Shown here: one piece after another, positions 55,207 to 64,000 of the stretch
Layout: each line of letters opens with the position of its first letter
Numbering within the stretch: the first letter of the stretch is position 1
Source of the DNA: a bacterium
GTDB lineage: Bacteria; Hinthialibacterota; Hinthialibacteria; Hinthialibacterales; Hinthialibacteraceae
DNA length: 64,000 bases
Direction of reading: 5' to 3'
Assembly: GCA_963662285.2 (NCBI GenBank)
Contig: CAXXMV010000002.1
Location: forward strand, 864,001-928,000
Notes under the pieces: generated by a model
Told to the model about the DNA's origin: nothing
Database searches by the model: none
The model's input: only the letters and a program-made list of their open reading frames with translations
Translations under genes and position numbers: made by a program

Positions 55207-57132
55207 CTAAAACGAATACCGCGCCCGCTTGACGTAAACAAACCATTCCACCATCAGGATTATTAATGCGATGATAGCGATAATGCGCCAGATTTCTTTA
55301 TTGGATTCAACTACCGATTCATCGCCTTCAAATTCCTCTCCCTGAATGCTCAGAACCGATTTCGGCGCAATATCTGATTCTTCGGGAGACAAGAGATTAA
55401 AGGCGTAACGTTTATGCAATTGATCATTGATAAGGTATTCATATATACCATAACGGCTGGTTTTATCGAAATAAATCGGATTCGAGTTTTCGAAAGTGAT
55501 ATAGTGGCTCTTTTGATTGGCGGGCAGTTTGATCTCTGCTTTAAGAGTCAGGTCTTCAGGTGGATCAATGATCAACATGTCGCCGGTTTTTTTCATATAA
55601 GAGGCCAATCCTTCGCCTGATTGGAACCAGTTTACTAGATTGGTGAAGAAAATTGGATAAGAAACCTGCATCGGCCAGCTGGATTTGTGGACGTCAAAAT
55701 TGGTTACAACTCCCCGAATATCATCCTGTTGAAAAGTAAGGATAAGCGGCGTCTCCCGGCTTTCAGCGATAACCTCGACCCAGGGGGGCGTTCCGATGTT
55801 ATTGCAGGCGTTAATCACCAGGTTATCCAGGTTGAGATATCTGGTCAGGGGATGAAGATGATCCCAGTCTACAATGGCGGGCAATTGCAGTTCCTCTCCG
55901 AAAGTCCATTCCGGTAATGGAGGTACGGCATTGATAAAGACATAATTTCCGTTGATCAAAGCTGGCGGAGTGAATGCATCAAACACCACCAAGTCATAAT
56001 CTTCAGGACGGTCGTATTGCACCGGCGTCGCCATAAAAAGATTAACATGCGGATTGAGATTAAGAACGCGCTGCAAATAAAAGTTCCCGTTAGTCACCAA
56101 TAAAACATCTATATTTTTTTCGCGTGGGATAACCGCCCAGGCGCGGTTATCTATCTGCAACGGGTCGTCGCTATCCAAAACCACTTCAATCTTCTCCGGA
56201 AAAGTCCCATTATCCTTAAATAACAGTGGTTCATGAGAGTTGCCGTTGATAGTCAATTTTTGAGCGTCTATCAATTGCCGTTCAGTTCTCAAAATCGGCG
56301 ATGTTTCCGTTGCGCTGGTTGGCGCAGTGTTTTCCTGATTAGCGACCAATCCTTCGCCCCATAGTTCCACATAAACTTCTTTGGCGTCCACTCCGGCGTT
56401 TTTTATGCCTAATAAAATCTCGTATTGCTCATCTAATGAGAAATCCTTGCGTACTACTAAATCGACAATACCAATATTCTCGGTCGATTCTCCAATAGGT
56501 ACATATCGCAATTTAGCTTGACCAATGTTAAGGTCGGATGGGATGTGAAACTGACCATCTGAAAACAGAATTATTTCCGGATTAGAGGCTACCGCCGCTG
56601 CAGAACGGGCGATTCTAAATGCATCCGTAATATTGGTTCTGGCATCGGTCTGTTGGATGTCATTAATCTGGCGTCTCAGGGTTGCCTTGTTTTGCTCAAA
56701 GGGAGATAGAACCCGTGCGTTTCCAGCGAAGTGCACTACCATCATTCTGTCGCCCACGCTCATGTCATTAACCAGTTCATTCGCTTTTCGCTTGGCGAAG
56801 TCCAGCCGGGTTGGTTTAACGTCGGTGGCCGACATGCTGGCTGATGTATCGATTAATAAGATAAAACTTTGACCTTCCAGTCCTCCCAGACGCAAAACAG
56901 GTCGAACAATGGAAAATGTCAATAAGGCAATAATCAATAACTGTAAAAAGAGGAGCAGATTCTTTTTTAACTTTTGAAATGGCGTATTGGCTTTCAGGTC
57001 TTCAAGACTCTTTCGCCAAAGCAGAGTGCTTGAGATATTCATATCTATTCGCTTCAACTTCAGCAAATATAGAATAATCACTGCTGGTAAAAACAAGGCG
57101 AAGAAAAATCCTATAGGCGCGAGAAAATTCAT
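55207..57132 (-). CDS. BatA/vWA domain membrane protein
   Basis: MNFLAP..LYLLK..SSTLLW BatA start; DTSASM MIDAS; FSDG; C-terminal TM segment ending VEW. Confidence 0.88.
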   Translation of the reverse strand: MNFLAPIGFFFALFLPAVIILYLLKLKRIDMNISSTLLWRKSLEDLKANTPFQKLKKNLLLFLQLLIIALLTFSIVRPVLRLGGLEGQSFILLIDTSASMSATDVKPTRLDFAKRKANELVNDMSVGDRMMVVHFAGNARVLSPFEQNKATLRRQINDIQQTDARTNITDAFRIARSAAAVASNPEIILFSDGQFHIPSDLNIGQAKLRYVPIGESTENIGIVDLVVRKDFSLDEQYEILLGIKNAGVDAKEVYVELWGEGLVANQENTAPTSATETSPILRTERQLIDAQKLTINGNSHEPLLFKDNGTFPEKIEVVLDSDDPLQIDNRAWAVIPREKNIDVLLVTNGNFYLQRVLNLNPHVNLFMATPVQYDRPEDYDLVVFDAFTPPALINGNYVFINAVPPLPEWTFGEELQLPAIVDWDHLHPLTRYLNLDNLVINACNNIGTPPWVEVIAESRETPLILTFQQDDIRGVVTNFDVHKSSWPMQVSYPIFFTNLVNWFQSGEGLASYMKKTGDMLIIDPPEDLTLKAEIKLPANQKSHYITFENSNPIYFDKTSRYGIYEYLINDQLHKRYAFNLLSPEESDIAPKSVLSIQGEEFEGDESVVESNKEIWRIIAIIALIILMVEWFVYVKRARYSF

Positions 57133-57172
57133 AATTCCTCATTCCTCTTAAGTGATTAGTTAGCGTTGCGCG

Positions 57173-58093
57173 TTATTCAATCATTCCCATGCGGCGGAAT
57201 GAATCCGTTAATAGGCGTTCGACAGAGTCTTCCGTGGATACCGGAAGGTAATGTATCCCATATCGGTTGCTCACATTAGTTATATCCGCCTGGAAAGCGC
57301 GTAAACGCCGTTCGTAGGTGTTTAACAACTCTTCTGTGACCGTAACCTCGACTGGTTCGTTGGTTTCCACGTCCAGAAGCCGCAATGCGCCATATAAATC
57401 AGGATGTATTTCCTCAGCAGATAAAATTTGAAATACATAAAGTTCATTTCGGTGTTGCAGCAGGTGTTTGAAAGCCCCTTCGTAGCCCTGAGGATCGAAC
57501 AGATCAGACAATAACACCACAACCCCGCCACGCGATTGCTGCATGGTAAAACGACGGCAACTTTCGGTTAATGAAGTTTCTCCATCAAAAGGTAATTGTT
57601 CCAGGAAATCGATTATGCTCCATATTCTGGATTTCCCTCTGGTGGGCTGTAACCAGCGGTATCTTTCTCCATTGAAGCCAACCAGACATACCCGGTCTAA
57701 ACCGGCCAAGGTAATATATGATAAAGCCGCAGCAATTTTTTTGGCGAACAATGCTTTAGATGGATCGCCTAGCCTCATAGAGGAACTTGTATCTATCAGG
57801 ATGTATAAATATAAATCTTCTTCTTCGTGGAACAACTTAGTGAACAGCCGGTCCAGGCGGCCGAATATATTCCAATCAAGGAAACGCAAATCATCGCCTT
57901 TGGAATAATCTCTATAATCGGCGAATTCTATGGATATGCCCCGTTTTTTTGATCGTCGTTCACCTTTTAGGCGACCCAGAAATATTTTTTTCGAAACAAG
58001 ATGTAATTGTTCCAAATACCGCAGAAAAGATGGATCCAGCAGTGTTTGCGTTTTTGGGGTGTTTGGGGAAGAGACGCTTTCAGTTTCCACCAT
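57173..58093 (-). CDS. DUF58 domain protein (MoxR-associated)
   Basis: GERRS..G.SIEFADYRDY..GDDLRFLDWN; DTSSSM. Confidence 0.92.
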   Translation of the reverse strand: MVETESVSSPNTPKTQTLLDPSFLRYLEQLHLVSKKIFLGRLKGERRSKKRGISIEFADYRDYSKGDDLRFLDWNIFGRLDRLFTKLFHEEEDLYLYILIDTSSSMRLGDPSKALFAKKIAAALSYITLAGLDRVCLVGFNGERYRWLQPTRGKSRIWSIIDFLEQLPFDGETSLTESCRRFTMQQSRGGVVVLLSDLFDPQGYEGAFKHLLQHRNELYVFQILSAEEIHPDLYGALRLLDVETNEPVEVTVTEELLNTYERRLRAFQADITNVSNRYGIHYLPVSTEDSVERLLTDSFRRMGMIE

Positions 58094-58132
58094 GGGGGAT
58101 GAATCTCCTTCCAAAGTCTATGTCTAGCATTA

Positions 58133-58969
58133 TTAATTGATTAGTAAAGATATCTGGTTTTCCTGTTCCAGTAGATATTCTCTATATAACCATGATAACG
58201 CATGAGGATCGTCAGATGGAACAAATTGGTAGCGAAAATAATAAGGTTTTGCAATTGTTTTTCCGGTTTTATCTAATCTGGACGAAGAAGGATGCACAAA
58301 TCGCTCGTTTTTTTCATTAAAAATATCAAAAATAGACAAGGGATGTTGAACGAATCCGATACAGCCGCAGGATTTATAGTTGGCTTTTCGTTTGGTAAGA
58401 ATAAAAAAAGGAGCGCCAACAACGCGGTGATTATCGTTCTTTGGCGGCTGATGGAGTTCTTCGTCAATGTTTATATTATCTTTTTTTATATCTGCAATAC
58501 TCTTTGGCAGCCAGATATGGTTGTTTTCATTATCGGCTAATCTTAAACCGAGGGGAAACTTGATGGAATAAAGTTGATCTTCTTGTTTGCCTGAGACGTA
58601 GCAATAGCAGTTCAAAATTGGAAAAGTCGTTGAAAGCAAATATCTTATAGTTATTTTAGTTTCTTTATCGTCTCCTAAATCACCTTCCAGCGATACATCG
58701 TGAAAATCTTCAGTGTCAGTTGAACGCAACATATAGTAATTTGAGTGAAATAGAATACCGCGTTTCCCCTTTATGCCAAAACGATATTCAGCGTCGGTGT
58801 CATTTGAACGGAAAACCACCTGGCCTGAAGAATGGCCGGTTTTCATATTCCAAACCACTCCGGATACTTTATCTGTAACTTGAAAGCGCCCGCTTGGCAT
58901 TAGAATGCGTACTTGAATGCATTGATTGTCGAGTTGGATAGAGCCTTCTTCTGGTTGTTTATTGGTCAT
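58133..58969 (-). CDS. Hypothetical protein (beta-rich)
   Basis: 278-aa ORF co-oriented with the DUF58 gene; no confident motif. Confidence 0.6.
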   Translation of the reverse strand: MTNKQPEEGSIQLDNQCIQVRILMPSGRFQVTDKVSGVVWNMKTGHSSGQVVFRSNDTDAEYRFGIKGKRGILFHSNYYMLRSTDTEDFHDVSLEGDLGDDKETKITIRYLLSTTFPILNCYCYVSGKQEDQLYSIKFPLGLRLADNENNHIWLPKSIADIKKDNINIDEELHQPPKNDNHRVVGAPFFILTKRKANYKSCGCIGFVQHPLSIFDIFNEKNERFVHPSSSRLDKTGKTIAKPYYFRYQFVPSDDPHALSWLYREYLLEQENQISLLIN

Positions 58970-59032
58970 TTTTTGATCTCAGTAAATATATCGGTTAGCG
59001 TGGTTTCATATATTATGCCTAATAATCGTGAA

Positions 59033-59066
59033 TAAAAAAAGAAGAGCGGTCTTTCGACTGCTCTTC
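59033..59066 (-). terminator. Intrinsic terminator after rpmG
   Basis: Minus strand GAAGAGCAGTCGAAAGACCGCTCTTC followed by a T tract. Confidence 0.8.
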
Positions 59067-59095
59067 TAATCAAAAACTTGATTTAATGGTATTTC

Positions 59096-59245
59096 TTAAC
59101 GTGTTTCCCGGTGCGCTATATGTTTATTGCACCAGCGACAATATTTTTTGGTTTCCATCCGGTCTGGATGAAGCCGTTTGTTTTTGGTAGTGTTATAATT
59201 ACGTCGTTTGCATTCTGTGCATGCTAAAATTACTAAGTCCCGCAT
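59096..59245 (-). CDS. rpmG: 50S ribosomal protein L33 (Zn-binding form; below the ORF-track cutoff)
   Basis: Manual translation [49 protein letters not shown]; AGGAG RBS. Confidence 0.95.
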   Translation of the reverse strand: MRDLVILACTECKRRNYNTTKNKRLHPDRMETKKYCRWCNKHIAHRETR

Positions 59246-59269
59246 GGGTTCTTCTCCTATTTAACTGAT

Positions 59270-60463
59270 TTATTCAATAATCTCGGCGATGACGCCAGCG
59301 CCAACCGTCCGACCGCCTTCGCGAATAGCGAAGCGTAATTCCTGTTCCATGGCTATTGGTTGATGCAATTCACCTTCCATAACCACGTTATCGCCCGGCA
59401 TTACCATCTCGGTTCCTTCCGGCAACTTCACCGAACCGGTAACATCCGTTGTCCGGAAATAAAACTGCGGACGGTATCCATTAAAGAATGGCGTATGACG
59501 ACCACCTTCTTCTTTGGTCAGAACGTATACATTCGCTTTGAATTTGGTGTGTGGATTAATTGACTTGGGCGCTGCTACAACCTGTCCGCGCTCTATGCCA
59601 TCACGACCGATGCCGCGCAGCAGCAAGCCTACATTGTCGCCCGCCAGACCTTGATCCAATGATTTTCGGAACATTTCAACGCCTGTGCAAACTGTATCAA
59701 TCGGCGCTTCTTTCAGACCCACGATCTGAACTTTGTCGCCAACGGTAACTTTACCGCGCTCAATACGACCGGTCGCAACCGTACCACGACCCGTGATGCT
59801 GAAGACGTCTTCAACCGCCATCAGGAAGGGCTTGTCTACATCACGTTCCGGTACAGGAATATATGTATCCAATGCTTCCACTAATTCTGTGATGCATTTG
59901 GTCGATTCTTCATCGTCTATATTCTCTCCCGCCCGCAAGGCTGAACCCATTATAACGGGAATGTCATCGCCGGGGTAATCGTACTGCGACAGTAATTCGC
60001 GAACTTCCAACTCGACCAGTTCCAGCAGTTCTGCATCATCAACCATGTCTACTTTGTTCATAAACACGACAATGTATGGAACGCCTACCTGACGGGCCAG
60101 TAGAATGTGCTCTCTGGTTTGCGGCATGGGACCGTCTGCGGCTGATACAACCAGCACTGCTCCGTCCATTTGCGCCGCGCCTGTAATCATGTTTTTTACG
60201 TAGTCCGCGTGACCCGGGCAGTCAACATGCGCATAGTGACGTGCAACTGACTCATATTCAACATGCGCCGTTGCGATCGTGATACCGCGTTCACGCTCTT
60301 CCGGGGCGTTATCGATGCTGTCGAATGACCGGATTTCGCCTAGGCCTTTCGCCGCCTGCACCATGGTGATCGCCGCCGTCAACGTTGTCTTCCCGTGATC
60401 CACGTGTCCGATCGTTCCCACGTTCACGTGGGGTTTTGTCCGTTCAAATTTACCTTTGGCCAT
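59270..60463 (-). CDS. tuf: Elongation factor Tu
   Basis: [29 protein letters not shown]. Confidence 0.99.
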   Translation of the reverse strand: MAKGKFERTKPHVNVGTIGHVDHGKTTLTAAITMVQAAKGLGEIRSFDSIDNAPEERERGITIATAHVEYESVARHYAHVDCPGHADYVKNMITGAAQMDGAVLVVSAADGPMPQTREHILLARQVGVPYIVVFMNKVDMVDDAELLELVELEVRELLSQYDYPGDDIPVIMGSALRAGENIDDEESTKCITELVEALDTYIPVPERDVDKPFLMAVEDVFSITGRGTVATGRIERGKVTVGDKVQIVGLKEAPIDTVCTGVEMFRKSLDQGLAGDNVGLLLRGIGRDGIERGQVVAAPKSINPHTKFKANVYVLTKEEGGRHTPFFNGYRPQFYFRTTDVTGSVKLPEGTEMVMPGDNVVMEGELHQPIAMEQELRFAIREGGRTVGAGVIAEIIE

Positions 60464-60530
60464 TGTGGATCCCTTCTTCCTTTGTTTTAGACATTTTCTA
60501 AGAAATTCTTAGATGAAAAAAAAAATTTTA

Positions 60531-60603
<73 letters not shown>

Positions 60604-60858
60604 GTTGGATTCGAAGTCTTTTTATGGATTAATACTAGTTGGCGATAATAGAAATTATGTTTATTCCTGTCAAGTAACTGAGAAAATGTTTCTTACGTTT
60701 TTTTTGTATTCAAAAAAACCAAAAATCCGTTATCCTGAATCACCGTTTGGATTTTAGCGGTTTTTCCAGGTTCATGAACGTCTATACACGGAATAATTAA
60801 CATTTTATCTTATCACAATGTAGAGAAATCGGAATCCTTTCAGCGGGTAACCAAAATT

Positions 60859-62001
60859 ATGGCGCAAAATCAACAAATTAGAGTCTGTTTTGTTTCTCCA
60901 TCAATTTATCCATTATTTAATCCTATGGTGAGAAGTCCATTTAGTGATGCAGAAATTCAGTTATTTGAGTTGGCTCGATGTTTTAAGGATGATGAACATA
61001 TAGAAATCAGCGTACTGACGGGCGATTATGATCAGGATGAGGTGGAATATTACACAGGAATATTGGTTTTTCGAGGTCAGTTTGAATCCAACCGGAGTTT
61101 GATTCAGCGGTTTTTACGGCGCAACTCACCGCTGCAATCAATTCTGGATAAAATTGACGCTGATATTTATATGTTTGGCGAGGCTGGCAGTTTGGCTAAA
61201 TCAGTGGCTGAATACTGTATAGCCAGAAAAAAATCATTTATTTATCGTATATCTCACCAGCGTGATTGCGATGGAACCTTCATTCATGGTGATGCCGCTG
61301 GACCTGATTTTCGATGGGCATTGCATCATGCCGACGCAATTATTTGTCAAAGTGAAGATCAGAAAAGATTGCTTAAACGAACCGAAAAACTCACCGCCGA
61401 TGTAATATCCAATACAATAATCGCGGAACCTTTATCAGATGCGCCCCGGATGGATGTGTTGTGGATCGGCGAGGCGGTTGAATGGAAGCAGCCGGAACTT
61501 TTCTATCGTTTGGCGCTTACTATACCTCATCAGAGTTTTACGCTTCTCATTCGTCCCAACTATCCGGAATATTTCGAAAAATTAGTCTCTAAAACCCGTG
61601 ATATACCAAATCTGGGGTTCGAGAACTCTGTTCCATACCAGGAATGGACTGATTACCTCAAGCGGGCCAGGTTGATCGTCAATACATCCCGATTTGATGG
61701 TTTCCCTTTTTCCTTTACCCAGGCTTTCGCTTATGGGGCCCCTGTAGTCAGTCTCAATGTGAATCCGGATGAGATACTGGAAAAATATAAAATTGGTCTT
61801 TGCGCGCAAGGCTCCGAAGTCCGGTTGGCTCAGGGAGTACTGGATTTAATCAGTTACCCGCGCCAATGGACCAATATGAGTCAAAACGCGATGAAATTTG
61901 CTCAACAATGCCAAAATCCTGATAATATTATAGAAATATACCGAAAACTTTTTATCAAATGCGTTGACATAAAGATAAAAAAACGCGGCTGGAAACGATG
62001 A
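60859..62001 (+). CDS. Glycosyltransferase family 4 (GT-B)
   Basis: WIG...WKQPE; VNTSRFDGFPFSFTQAFAYGAPVVS. Confidence 0.85.
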   Translation: MAQNQQIRVCFVSPSIYPLFNPMVRSPFSDAEIQLFELARCFKDDEHIEISVLTGDYDQDEVEYYTGILVFRGQFESNRSLIQRFLRRNSPLQSILDKIDADIYMFGEAGSLAKSVAEYCIARKKSFIYRISHQRDCDGTFIHGDAAGPDFRWALHHADAIICQSEDQKRLLKRTEKLTADVISNTIIAEPLSDAPRMDVLWIGEAVEWKQPELFYRLALTIPHQSFTLLIRPNYPEYFEKLVSKTRDIPNLGFENSVPYQEWTDYLKRARLIVNTSRFDGFPFSFTQAFAYGAPVVSLNVNPDEILEKYKIGLCAQGSEVRLAQGVLDLISYPRQWTNMSQNAMKFAQQCQNPDNIIEIYRKLFIKCVDIKIKKRGWKR

Positions 62002-62017
62002 TCTAAGCCTTCTGGTC

Positions 62018-62647
62018 TCAATAACTTGGATTGGGCGGCATAGTATTGTGATAAATATTTCCATCAACAATAATATTGCCTTTCAAGACGCTTGCGTCTC
62101 CACCCCAGCGGTAAATATCGCCATCGCTATTCAATCCGTTTGAAGGAGAAAAGGTTCTTACAGTAGTTCCATTTTGCAGATCGGAACGTGAACCCATATC
62201 TTCATCCTGGTCGGGTCCACGGGAGTTGATATTATAAAACTTTTTAATCGGTTCGGGATTGGCAGGCGCCACCGAAACTTCATACATATCAAGACCTGTA
62301 GTACCGCTGGCGGTGGCGAATTTATTTTCGAACGGATCGCGTGGTATTGATGCAATATAACTTGTTGGCGTCACCAGGAAATATAAACCGGCTTCTGCAT
62401 GGGGTTGAACTTCATGCATGGAGATATAACTCTCTGATTCGCAGATATAAGAATTTTTATCAAGTCGATACATCTCCATTGCTTGAGTTATCGCCTTTAA
62501 ATCGCTGATAACTCTGGCAATCTTGGCTCGTGTTTGAGCGTTCAAAAAATTGGGCACAGCAATAGCCGCCAGGATGCCAATGATTGCGACGACGATCAAC
62601 AACTCGATTAACGTAAAAGCCTTTTGTTTTCTTCTATATTTCATCAT
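62018..62647 (-). CDS. Type IV prepilin/GspG-like protein
   Basis: KQKA|FTLIELLIVVAIIGILAAIAVPNF; PRDPF; SRGPD; SNG...GDI. Confidence 0.92.
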   Translation of the reverse strand: MMKYRRKQKAFTLIELLIVVAIIGILAAIAVPNFLNAQTRAKIARVISDLKAITQAMEMYRLDKNSYICESESYISMHEVQPHAEAGLYFLVTPTSYIASIPRDPFENKFATASGTTGLDMYEVSVAPANPEPIKKFYNINSRGPDQDEDMGSRSDLQNGTTVRTFSPSNGLNSDGDIYRWGGDASVLKGNIIVDGNIYHNTMPPNPSY

Positions 62648-62800
62648 TATCTCTCCCATTAATCATTTATTTAATGAAAAACTAATAATATCGGAAAAGC
62701 GATGCAATATATTGAAAAAAAGTATTTTTATGTAAAAAATTATACTGATTACTTAAGAGAAGATTCCTTCAAAATCTTCCTTTAAGCATCTATGGAAATA

Positions 62801-63379
62801 TCATGGACCAAAACGAATCAGGTCGCCTGCGCTTTTGGTTCCGTTTGAAGCGTTATACAGGAAAAACACATCCTGTGGATATCCTTTGGCGCCTGAATCA
62901 ACATTCAGATCGACATCAGGTCCGGCAGATACTAAAGCCCACATGTAAGAAGCGCCTTTGCCATGAAGGAATTCATGTGGGGAGTTATTGCACTTGATAT
63001 TCATGTAGGCTACTGGCGCCTCAACCCAACCATGCGACTCATAAACAAAATTTATCGGATCGCCATCGGGAGTTGTATATCCTTTTGGCGCGAATGGATC
63101 AGGCCAACGACCTTTGTTTACATACGAGACGGGCGTCGTCAACGGGTAAAAGCGGTTAGGCCAGGAAATATTATTATAACGGCTGATATACCTCCCATTA
63201 TCCATTTTATACATTTCCAGCGCGGTTGACAGAGCCTTGAAATCAGCCTCTACGCGGGCGACTTTGGCGCGGGTTTGGGCGTTCAAAAAATTCGGTACAG
63301 CAATTGCAGCCAGGATTCCTATAATCGCCACAACAATTAGTAATTCAATCAGGGTAAAAGCTCGATGTGAACATCTCAT
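62801..63379 (-). CDS. Type IV prepilin/GspG-like protein
   Basis: HRA|FTLIELLIVVAIIGILAAIAVPNF; LTTPVSY; PDPF; SAGPD; SNG...GDL. Confidence 0.92.
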   Translation of the reverse strand: MRCSHRAFTLIELLIVVAIIGILAAIAVPNFLNAQTRAKVARVEADFKALSTALEMYKMDNGRYISRYNNISWPNRFYPLTTPVSYVNKGRWPDPFAPKGYTTPDGDPINFVYESHGWVEAPVAYMNIKCNNSPHEFLHGKGASYMWALVSAGPDVDLNVDSGAKGYPQDVFFLYNASNGTKSAGDLIRFGP

Positions 63380-63491
63380 GATAATAATTTCTCCTTTTGA
63401 GCAAAGATAAAATCATTATACCGTTTCATATCTACGAGTATTATTATATACCGAGTATTATATGAGATATGAAAATTAACGTTATTCTAAC

Positions 63492-63998
63492 TTATTTATC
63501 GAATGATTTTCTAGAGAGCCGGTTGAGGCGGTGCATTAATTGTTTTTTTATTGATTGAGACGAAGAAGCATCTAAATTCATATTATCCATAAACTGATCG
63601 GCTTGCGATAAAGCCTCTTCTGTGAACCTTTTAGCCTGAGAGATGTTTTTCTCCTTATGCTCATAGAATTTCGCTAGTTCTATATAGGCGAAGAAATCCT
63701 CATGTTCCTGCGCCATTATACGCCATATCGTACATGCCTCTGAGAAACGTTCCATTTTCTTATAAATCAGAGACAGGCGTTTTTGAATTGAAAAGCGATG
63801 CTCGCTAGAAAAATCATTCTGCTCTAGCGCCTGGTTCAAGTAAAAAAAGGCTTGATCCCAATCACTGCGTGCAGCAAAAAAAGTACCAACCGCAGCCAGT
63901 TCTAATCCTTGCATGTTTCGGGGTGGAGGTAGTCTCAGCATTCTGCACATGCGTGATGCCATCAATGCCAATGTCAAAATGTCATCAGCATTATGATT
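63492..63998 (-). CDS. YprB-like RNase H-fold protein with C-terminal TPR (partial, start outside the window)
   Basis: Frame open to the window edge with NHNADDILTL (HNxxD) motif, then TPR-like helices and IELAKFYEH...RLNRL. Confidence 0.7.
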   Translation of the reverse strand, partial: NHNADDILTLALMASRMCRMLRLPPPRNMQGLELAAVGTFFAARSDWDQAFFYLNQALEQNDFSSEHRFSIQKRLSLIYKKMERFSEACTIWRIMAQEHEDFFAYIELAKFYEHKEKNISQAKRFTEEALSQADQFMDNMNLDASSSQSIKKQLMHRLNRLSRKSFDK

Positions 63999-64000
63999 CA

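Noticed and set aside
3196-59978. Numerous antisense and alternate-frame short ORFs in the track (for example 3196-3735, 47652-48080, 53967-54542)
   Set aside because: Shadows of well-supported genes with no independent motifs or RBS

Overview
Bacterial chromosomal window (standard genetic code, moderate GC with AT-rich intergenic tracts). The AVPNFLNAQTRAK-type prepilins and PT-linker secreted proteins suggest a Sumerlaeota/Hinthialibacterota-like lineage; this is an inference. Housekeeping genes (gdhA, rpmE, ispG-like, prmC, prfA, ppdK, purB, rpmG, tuf, tRNA-Thr) are interspersed with sulfatases, glycosyltransferases, vWA/BatA proteins, prepilins and a dense set of small mobile DNA. That mobile DNA comprises a complete IS481-family element plus a solitary copy of its left end (both at the same nucleotide of a CCCTCTCCC hairpin repeat), an internally deleted frameshift-type IS that destroyed a BlaR1-like gene, two 123-bp MITEs with 4-bp TSDs and NrdR-box-like sites, an IS4-like MITE nested in GTAG-type REPs, and three REP-like families. 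Other notable observations are a histone-H1-like tail fused to a Nudix domain lacking two box glutamates, large membrane-anchored proteins ending in a pilin-like head, an IspG lacking its Fe-S domain, a bacterial NrpR-gdhA divergon with a candidate operator, and two candidate orphan structured RNAs. No CRISPR array, rRNA or reverse transcriptase was seen.
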